Shown piece after piece: positions 34,122 to 43,698 of a DNA stretch of 64,000 nt. Position 1 is the stretch's first letter; each line of letters starts with the position of its first letter. Under the pieces are notes generated by a model, which had not been told where the DNA came from, ran no database searches, and saw only the letters and a list, made by a program, of their open reading frames with translations. Position numbers and translations under genes: made by a program. The DNA is from Guillardia theta CCMP2712 (taxonomy: Eukaryota; Protista; Cryptophyta). The stretch spans positions 269,038-333,037 of the forward strand of contig NW_005434618.1 in NCBI RefSeq assembly GCF_000315625.1, given 5' to 3'.

Positions 34122-37100
34122 CTACTCCTCTTTTGGGACGTGCTGAAAGCGGCGAGGTCTGCAGACGCGCCTCGCAGGAGAGCAAGCACTTGCATCCTGC
34201 GGCGGATTCAGTGCACGAGTGAGACAAAAGATGCTCAACCTCCTGGTAGTACTCATCTGCTGAAACGACTCGATCTCCCTCGCGCTCTCGTCCAGCATCG
34301 ATCCGACGCCTCTCACAAGCTCCCAGAACTGAGCAGCGAGGTCCTGAAGTCATGACAGGCGTCAGTGCCTAGCGCCTTCATCGGTCCTCTCTCGCCTTCA
34401 CAGGCCTGTCCTGCCGGATGGACCAACTGATGTGTGACAGCCGCGCTGGTACAGTAACCAGCGCCCACAGATTCTTAGAAACGACACGAGCGCGATCGAG
34501 CAGCCCTAGGAGACGTGAGGAGGCGGGTAGGAGGGGGGGGAGGGGATGAGGGAACGGAGAACTTCACCTTTCGCTTGCCTCGCTTTGGAAAAGACTCCTT
34601 GTAGCCCGAAGAGAGAAGCGCCGCATGCCTCCTCGCTCGAAGGATCGCATCCGATCAGCCGCACTTTCACCCTCAGGGGCTGCGAAGGATCCACAGGAGC
34701 CACGATGATTCGGGTAGACAACGATGCTTCATCATACTCTACACTCGCTGGCACGGGACACCAAACGCCCTCCCCGCAGAGACGCTTGACGTCAACGGAA
34801 TGAGCAGGAGGGACGTGCTGGAGCCGAAAGCGAATCTCGCGCTGAGCAGGAGCCTTGTGAAATGTGCCCTTGCTGCTGACGGCGATCAACAATTCTTGCT
34901 TGTGAACGTGCAGCTTCCAGCGCACTGCAGTGCGCATGCTACTCCCCATGCTCTTGACATAATCAGTGGTCAGGCCATCATCTTCGTAGAGGAAGCCGGA
35001 CCCTTTCTTGCTGTCCGCCACAAAGATTTGAAATTCGATGCTTCCGGCATCACTCGCATGCCTGGCAAGGCCCAAAGTTCTCTTGTTCGTCGTGTTCATC
35101 GGCAGCCTTGGCAACACCGCCCCGGCCCTGATGAACAATGGGACTTGCGAAATGTCGAAGTGAATTCTGCGCACATCGTCGCTTCCTACGTGGACAGAGC
35201 CGGTGCAGAGGCAGACGTAAGTCTTCCCGCTAGGGATCCAAACGTCCTGCAGTGCGAAGATACCTCCGCCCGGGGACGACACGTCCTTCTCGATGGGCTG
35301 CACGACAGGACTGGCAATGATGTCGGCTCCCAACAGATACTGTGGGAGGAACCCGCTGCGATTTCCAGCGTACGCCAGCGCTTCTTCGGGGTACTCGTGG
35401 TACATGGGACGCACCATCATCTTCGTAGAGGAAGCCGGACCCTTTCTTGCTGTCCGCCACAAAGATTTGAAATTCGATGCTTCCGGCATCACTCGCATGC
35501 CTGGCAAGGCCCAAAGTTCTCTTGTTCGTCGTGTTCATCGGCAGCCTTGGCAACACCGCCCCGGCCCTGATGAACAATGGGACTTGCGAAATGTCGAAGT
35601 GAATTCTGCGCACATCGTCGCTTCCTACGTGGACAGAGCCGGTGCAGAGGCAGACGTAAGTCTTCCCGCTAGGGATCCAAACGTCCTGCAGTGCGAAGAT
35701 ACCTCCGCCCGGGGACGACACGTCCTTCTCGATGGGCTGCACGACAGGACTGGCAATGATGTCGGCTCCCAACAGATACTGTGGGAGGAACCCGCTGCGA
35801 TTTCCAGCGTACGCCAGCGCTTCTTCGGGGTACTCGTGGTACATGGGACGCACCAGAGCCTCTCCAGGTCCGACGTCGAAAGATCTCCACAGAGAGGTGT
35901 AGAGATACGGAAGGAGCGCCTCCCGCTGCCAGAGAGCATGACGGATGGATTCGAAAGCTCTCTCACCTGCTTCCCAGGGGAATATGACGGCGCAAGAGCC
36001 CTTCCCACCCTCCTCCACGTCCGCACAGTCCCCTGCAGACATCCCCCGGTCGTGCATTCTGCATACTCCTGAGACCGAGCCAAACTGCATCCAACGGACG
36101 TAGAGTTCAGGGTCATCGCCGGGGCCAACCAGGTCGTGGCTCCACATGCTGAAGCCCACGTTCGCTGCGGTGAAAGTGAAGTAAGGTTGGAACGCCAAGT
36201 TCTCCCAGCTGAGCTCGCGCACATCCCCGGAAAACCCGACCTGATACCTGTGAGCTCCCAGCCCCCCCCAGCGCGATAGAACCTGCAACAAGGTAAGATG
36301 GTGTACGATGCACGCCCAGACACATCAAGTATGAAGTCAGATTCAGCCTCACCATGCTTCTTTTCCCCGAGCCCCGTCGAGCATGATCCGTCGATCTGAC
36401 GTGAGCCGTCCATATCGTCGGGTTCTGCTTGCCTCCAATCGCACCGTGTGACGCCTGGCCCTGCTGCCAGTCGATCCAGAAAAAATCGACGCCGGTATCC
36501 TCTACATCGGCAAGCACAACATCTTCTAGTGCCATGATGCTTTTTTCATCTGTGATGTTAAACGGGATTGTGCGAAAGGTTGAATCACTGAGACGACATT
36601 GAAATCCGTCCATTTCCTTCAATAGTGTGCAAGCCTTCTCGTACATATCTTCGTAGGGTGCAACGCCATCGGCATCGTGCAAATTCACAGAGACGGCCAA
36701 ACTGTTGTTGTGGAGGAAGGACATGGTGTCACGTGGGAATGGAAATAGATTTCGATCGAACGAATATCCCGTCCATCCATTCTTCGTGTGCCAGTTCATG
36801 TCAAGAACAAAAACGTCAAGGGGGACATTCTTCCTAGAAAATTCCTCCACGATGTGAACAACGTCTTCATGGCAAAGGTTGATCCAACGAGTCCACCAGA
36901 CTCCGAGCGCGTACTTGGGGATCATCGCAATCTTGCCTGATACCCGGGCATAGTCGTTGAGCGCTTGTTTGTAAGCGTGCCCGTAAGCAAAGAGGTACAA
37001 ATCCTCTTCATCCTGGTTTTGTCCGTCCCACCAGTCGGTGTCGTCACGCAGGCAGAAATTCTGCGAGTCGTCGACAACCACCCAACCATCGCGAGAGATG

Positions 37101-37929
37101 ATCCCCCAGTCACAGTTGCAATCCGATCGATCCCATCCGCAGCTGTTTCCATTCTCCTGCACCAGCTCTGTGCAGTTGAGATTCAGGACGGAGGCATCGT
37201 CCAACCTGGCGATGCAGCATGAGCACACAAATTCGTTGTCATCCTCCCCAAACTCCGTTTACGTTCGCAAGGTTCCCAAGAGGTTCCCGTGATCTCTTTC
37301 CCCATAGTGCCAACTCTCGAAGGCTGCAGATTGTCATGAGCTCGATGCAAATAGACTGGGAGGTTGCACTTACCGGAGTTGGGATTCAATCCCTTGACAA
37401 ACAAGGTCGAAGCAGAAAAGCTGCTGTTTATCTGATAGTGTACGCTGATCTCCTTGGTGGATATGACGATGAATCTGTCACGCTCGAGCTGAGATTGCTC
37501 GTCATTGTTAAAGACTCGGCAAACCTCTCTCCATCTGCCCGCGATTCCTCCTCCACTCTAAAGAATGGAACAGGAAGCTCCCGGTTTATGAAAGCTGCAA
37601 TGAACTCGTCATCAAGAAGCCCTGACAGAACAGGCTCTTACTCAACGTCGCTCTGTCCTCAAAGACACCACGAGAAGAGAACTCCATCCGCACAAGACGG
37701 TCGGTGAGCACAGTGAACCGAGCGAACGTGCCTGTGCGCACATCATGGTCCATCGTGCTCAGGAGACGGCGCTGTGCTTCCCCTCCTCCTCACCTGAGAT
37801 CACCATGGCTGACTTCCTGGCGCGTGGAATCCTTTTTCCCCATGGTCCTTCAGCGAGAGGCGGCTTCCCCAGTGCCATACCCGCCAACAGCAGCATCAGC
37901 AGCAACCTCCTCGCCACACTCCCCGCCAT
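34122..37929 (-). CDS. Secreted glycoside hydrolase family 31 (GH31_u1-like alpha-glucosidase), frameshifted in this assembly by a 439-bp tandem duplication (3' end approximate)
   Basis: Signal peptide MAGSVARRLLLMLLLAGMALG; ARFTVLTDRLVRMEFS..FEDRAT; PKYALGVWWTRW; VFVLDMNWH; nucleophile DFFWIDWQQG; HRYQVGFSGD; acid/base WSHDLVG; ELYVRWMQFG; LVRPMYHEYPE; LYEDDG. Confidence 0.9.
34975..35855. repeat. Exact 439-bp direct tandem duplication inside the GH31 CDS
   Basis: Units 34975-35413 and 35414-35852 appear identical, with CCA microhomology at the junction (35853-35855). Confidence 0.95.
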
Positions 37930-37954
37930 GTCGCCACAAACTCGGCACTTCATT

Positions 37955-38830
37955 GGGCTGGCAGCCCGGGGTACCACCCGGCCCCGGGCCGTCAGATGCA
38001 CCATGACTATTTTTCTATACTTCAAGTCTCTACTAAAAGGGTCAATTGGTCACGTGTCACTATTTCCATAAAAGTTGTTTTCGGAAAACCGAATAAGCTA
38101 GATTGATTTCTCGTGTAGTTTACTACTTACAAAACATGTTTGGGACCGTGACATTAGGGGCTCTAGTCTCATTCCAGAAAAAATGGCGTGATATCGACTG
38201 TAATTGATAACAAAAGACACGCCAACTATAACTCAAATCCTACTTTAAATTCTGTAACGGTTGTACTGGTACGAAAGGAATGGTACAGAAGGTCCGAGAT
38301 ACACTGAGCTGGTAAGTATTATCACTGCGATATCCGTGGAAAGTTGGTACAAAATTTAAATTTGTACTGGAACGTTGGCTCGTCTTGTACCGTTTTTTTC
38401 TTGTATATGTTAGTATGCTGAAGGCTACACAATACAAAATTTGTGGTACAAAACTTAAAAGAGGAGAGCCCCCCCTACAAATATTTGTACAAAAGTCTGT
38501 ATTGTTAAAACCCTAATATGATCAATCTCCGGCACCACCCAATCCACCCCCCAAACTCACCAGATCTAGATACTATAGGTATGGGTGGGTTGCTCGCGGA
38601 TGACCGTCAGCGAATTGTCACCACTTGGAGTCAGCTGTCGACCACCCTACCACCTTAAAACCACCCCATGCGCAAGAGGACCAAAATTTTCAATAAAGCA
38701 CCGCTCCAAATTCCATAATTCTTCCCCTCCAAACGAGGGTAGGTCGACAAGTTGCCCGGTGTCCATAGCACCCTACCCCGCCTTATGAAAATCGTGCAGA
38801 GGACCCTACCTTTGCTAATTCAAACTACCC
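37955..38830. promoter_or_regulatory. Structured intergenic island 4 between GH31 and the bZIP-like gene
   Basis: CCCGGGGTACCACCCGGCCCCGGGCC at the left end, AT core with 8 GTAC, then a C-rich CTACC block. Confidence 0.5.
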
Positions 38831-39127
38831 CTCCTGCATCCTGTTTCCCGCTTGCACTGTCCTTCTTCCCTTCTCCGCCCTTCGAACGCATTCTTCTGTA
38901 TTCCATTATGTACATCTAACTCGACTCTCTCATCAAATCTGCCTGATTCAAAGTGCCCGACGCTTGGGTCCGCCATTTACATTGCAATCGCTCCGAGCTC
39001 CTTTCTTTTGTGCATCGTTTGAATTTGACGTTTGCCCGAGGTGTAAAGAAGTCTTGTTGCCCTGTACAACCTCCTCAGAGCATCGAAAATTACAGCATAG
39101 CTTTAACTGAGTCATATCCTCCCAACC

Positions 39128-41107
39128 ATGGTGAGCACGCCGGTTGCTGGCCATGTAAAGTGGGAGCCTGATGCCTCTGGCCGCCCCAAAAAGGTTCTAC
39201 CGTCAGAAAGCCCTGCCCCCACTTCGGATGATGCAACGGCGAATGAAACTAATGCTGAGCCTTCTGCAAAGCAAGCCAAGTCCTCGTCTGGTGGGGAATA
39301 TGACCCTGCAGAAGCAGAAAAGGCCTTAGCTTGGAAGAAGGAGAAAAGAAGAAAGCAGAACAGAGAAGCCCAGCGCAGACGAAGGGACAGGCTCATGAAC
39401 CAGCACAAACAAAAGCAGGCAGAGATGGAAGCTTCCAGCAACACCCAGCAAGTGCCTGTACAGCCTTCTAACAATCCTGCAGGTCAGCCATTTGGTGGGA
39501 ACATGATGTCCATGGGATTTCAGATGCCCCAGAACGGAATGCAGGTTGCCCAGCCCAACATGGATCAGAACGAACAATTCGGCATGAATATGAACCAAAT
39601 GAATATGCGGTATAACAACTTTGCAAATCCAGCATTGCAGCAATCATCCATCATTGGTGGAACACAAATGAACCCGCTCCAGAGGCAAAACTCTTTCGGT
39701 GCGCCGCCGCAGCTGATTTCTCAGAATTCTTTTCAAGATTGGAACTCGGCGAATGTTGGGCTCATGCAGAACTACACAATGCAGAGAAGAGATTCTTTCA
39801 GTGGAGTTCCACAAGGAATGCCGAACTTCTCGGCTGGGATGCCTCAACAGGGTTTCAACACCAACGACCAATCCCAAAATCAGCCTAACCCGAACTTGGG
39901 TGATATGCGGCCCCAAGGTTCTTTCAGTGACAAGAATTGGAATCTCGGGTTTGCTCCCTTGCTGGGTCAAAACTCCTTCTCCATGGGTAACGATGTAAAC
40001 CCCTTGTTCAAGCAGGGCTCCTTCGCCCCGCCAGACTTTGGAGTCCTTTTGCGTCAGGACTCTGAGAAGATTGCTGCCGGCAATCTGACCAAGCAGCTAT
40101 CCTTTGGGAATATTAAGGGGGGACTGGATCCTTCAGTCTTCGGGCAGGATCCACTAATGCAGCCAAACACAAACAATTCGTCGCTATTTAAACAAGACTC
40201 TTTCAGTTTCGGAGGAGGCAATACACAGGTCAACAATTTGCAAGCTCAGATGTTCAGGCAGGATTCGTTTTCCAGATTACCACGACAAGATTCGTTCAAT
40301 CTCGGAGGGGCGGTTGCACCTGGGTTGTTTCGTCAGGATTCTCTCGGTAAATTGCCCGGATTAGGGGGGGATGCACCACCCCTGTTCCGGCAGGACACCC
40401 TGGGCAGTGTGTCTGGACTAGCGACAAACCCCTTGGTAAGACAAGATTCGGCCTCAAGGCTGGTAAGTTGCGATACGTGCTTCTATTTGCTGCTGATCAA
40501 TCTGACTTTCGTTGAAGGGTATGATGAACATGGGAATGGGAATGGGAATGGGAATGGGAATGGGAATGGGAATGGGAGCTCAACAGGGGATGATGCAGGT
40601 AACACATCAAGACAAGACAAAGATATCTCATGCCATACCGCAGGGAGGTATGAATCGGAATTTTATGGCTGGCAACCTTGCGCAGAGTGGCATTGCTGGA
40701 ATGCCAGGGGCACAGTCGCAGCTCCAACAAGCTCAGCTTCCCATGCAACAAAACGTCCCTCAGCCTCAGCAACAAATGCAACAGCCTCCTCCTCCTCCTC
40801 AGCAGCAGCAGCAGCCTGCACAGTCCCAACAGCAGCAGCAACAGCCTGGACAGCAACCGCTTCAGGGCACTCAAAACTTCGGAGCGCCCAAAGTTGACGA
40901 GAATTGGAATGCTTCCCAGCCAGGTTGGCATGATTGTGCTTTGACGAGATAGCTCGTTGCTGATCCGAGCTGCAGGGAACTCACAGCCGATGGGTAATCT
41001 TCCTCAGACATCATCGGCTCCAACAGAGTCTCGTTCGGTATGCTCGTAAAGTTCTGAATGTTTGTTTTGTGACTGGTTTCTGAATGTAGAGCAACGACTC
41101 GCAATAG
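39128..41107 (+). CDS. bZIP-like transcription factor: basic region, Q/N/M-rich body and an array of 14 RQxS-type motifs
   Basis: Basic region KKEKRRKQNREAQRRRRDRL (N-x7-R). Exon 1 ends near 40462, followed by an MG-repeat and poly-Q exon and two small exons ending SNDSQ* at 41107. Confidence 0.8.
40531..40576. repeat. (ATGGGA)n hexamer repeat coding (MG)n
   Basis: About 8 copies seen directly. Confidence 0.9.
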
Positions 41108-41379
41108 TTAGGAACTGAGACAGAACTCGCTGAATATCCCCGATTCCTTGTATCATGTCAGTTTCCAGCATGTAGATTTAATTGAAATCGACGGGGCCAA
41201 CTTCGAAGCGGCCTGGCTTTGCCCGTCTTGATACGATTTTGATTTGAAATATTTTTTTCCCGGAGGATTATCCCTGTGAAATTAAAATAACAACTGGCCT
41301 GCCATATTGCCCTCCAGCATGTCTGTTTACTCTTTCATAACAGACAGTTACTTTGTTATGACATGAGATATCGCAGCAT

Positions 41380-43270
41380 TCACATCGCACTCCACTTCCA
41401 AGGCACGACATTTTGCGACTTCTTCCCTTCTCGCCCCTCCCATCGCTGTGACCTCTTGATATGGACGCAAGGTTCAATGGGGCCATCGGCATCACCGATT
41501 CCTCCTCCTGCCCTCTGCTCCTGACCTCGTTTCTGCGCAGATCCTTCGAGAACTATGTGAAGGCTGCAAACTCTTCCGAGAGATTTCCTTGCACTTGGCT
41601 CTATCGCCGACATCAACCGTCGGTAGGCAGTAGGAGGGCAAACATCACCTTCAGCTCTTGCGAGCTCAAGTTCATTTCTTCTATCTGCATCATGCTCGCC
41701 TCCTGTTGATAGTTGAGCTGCGGAGAGCAAGAAACTAGCGTCACTCACCATCCGCAAGGTTTCAATCTCCTGCTCCAACGCCGTCGGGTCGGCACAGCTG
41801 CGACTTGGGGTGAGGCAGGAGGGGGAGGCATGCGAGCCAACACACCTGAAGAGAGGAACATGTCGAAAGAGGCATGCGTAGAGCGCTTTTCGTTCGTTGC
41901 TCTGATGAGGGCGACAGTGAGGGTACGGATCACGAGGATGATCGAGAGGACGAGGGCGAGGAGGACGAGGAGGATAAGGGCGAGGAGGTGGTGGTGGAGC
42001 AGAAGCCAAAGGAGGGGGAGAGGATGTGTAACAGCAGCAGCAGCTGCTGCTGCTAGAGGAGCAAGGGGCTGCACCATACCTCGAAGACGACTGTGTTGAT
42101 GTAGTCTACCATATTCCTGTGCTCATCCGTCGATTGCTGAGGCCTGAAAGGCTCCCAGGCCTTCTTGTCCCCTTCCCGCACCTGGGACATAGCTTCCCGC
42201 AAGGTTGGTTTGTATATCCTATTGCTCCTGCTGCTATCAAGTTCCAACGTCTTGGGACCAACTCCCTGCTAGCCGTCAGCATCCTTGGACCCCAAGGGCT
42301 CGGAGCACCTGCAACAGGGTCCACCGAGGCTTCCCGGACCCATCGGACTCGTCGATGTAGACAGGAGGAGGCTCTGCGGGGTCGAAGATGGCGAAACTTG
42401 CAAGGGCCTCAGTACGAAAGCTGCTTCCATGGGACAACGAAAGGAGGGCGGGAGGAGGGCGGGGGGGGGGGGGGAGGAGGGAGAGGCAGAAGGCTGGAGT
42501 AGACGAGGAGGGAGGGAGAGAAGGAGGGAGGGAGAGGAGGAGGGAGAGGTCGGGGAGGGGATCGGCAAGTTCACCCTGTTGAGAGACGAGGACGGGGAGT
42601 GGTCTGTCGGGCGGAAGAGGAGGACGAGGAGGACGAGGAGGACGAGGAGGACGAGGAGGACGAGGAGGACGAGGAGGACGAGGAGGACGAGGAGGACGAG
42701 GAGGACGAGGAGGAGCGTCAAGATCGGAAGCTGCGGCACCTGCAAGGGCTGAGGACAGCAGGGATGTCGCTTGTCAGCCACTCGGAGTATCTCTTGCCGG
42801 AGCATGCTTCCACACAGGTTGGGCATCTCGCCTGTGTGTACTTGGCTTCCTCATACCTAGGGGGGGGACGTCAGTAGAGGATGCAGCTGCTGCCAGTACC
42901 TGAGCTGGACCTTCTCGATCCTCTCCTCCAGCCTCCGCGTCCCCTCTCTCCCCTTGTACTCCCTGTTGTCGACGCTCCCCACCGCCGTCAGGAAGAAGCT
43001 GTCACACATGGCGCAGTTGCACACGACTCCGATGTCATGCGGCATGCCCCCGCATGCAGAGCCTGAGGTATCAGCGGCATCAGCGTCGCAGAATCCAAGA
43101 GCTCTCGCTGCTCCAAGGGGTCTTCTGCCTTCCCCCCCCCCCCCCTTTGCCCCCTGCCTCCTCCTGCACCTCTCCCCCTCTCCTCCTCCCCCCCCTCTCC
43201 TCCTCCCCCCCTCTCCTCCTCCCCCACCTCTCCTCTGCCATCCCCCCCCTCTCCTTCCCTCATCGCCCAT
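41380..43270 (-). CDS. Hypothetical multi-exon protein with a Cys-rich N-terminal part (ends uncertain)
   Basis: Exon-like frames VVCNCAMCDSFF..EERIEKVQLR, YTQARCPTCVEACSGK, FAIFDPAEPPPVYIDE..WTLLQ|GVGPKTLELDSSRSNRIYKPTLREAM and ERKALYACLFRHVPLF, separated by repeat-filled introns. Confidence 0.5.
42617..42715. repeat. (GAGGAGGAC)n 9-mer tandem repeat, about 11 copies
   Basis: Seen directly; probably intronic. Confidence 0.9.
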
Positions 43271-43548
43271 CGCTCCACTCGTTTATATCTTCAGTCTCGG
43301 TCTAGTCTTCCCTCCCTTGCGCCCCTATAAGGACCAACGGAAGGCGGGGGGAGGGAGGGGAGGGAGGAGAGGGAGGGGAGGAAGGGGAAGGGGAGGGAGG
43401 AGGGGAGGGAGGGGAGGAAGGGGAAGGGGAGGGAGGAGGGGAGGGAGGAGGGGAGGGAGGACAGAGAGGAGAGGCAGTGACAGAGAGAGAGCGATGGAGG
43501 TTCGGATACCTTGGACATGTACATTACAATCAACTTCATAGACTCGTT

Positions 43549-43661
43549 TCAGTTCTCCTGGTACGAGACCTCCGGCAGCTCAAGCAGCACCCGCGCTACA
43601 TCTCTGGGCAGACGCTCGCCATGCAGCATCTCGTGCTCGTTGTCGGCCCCGCCCTCCTCCC

Positions 43662-43698
<37 letters not shown>

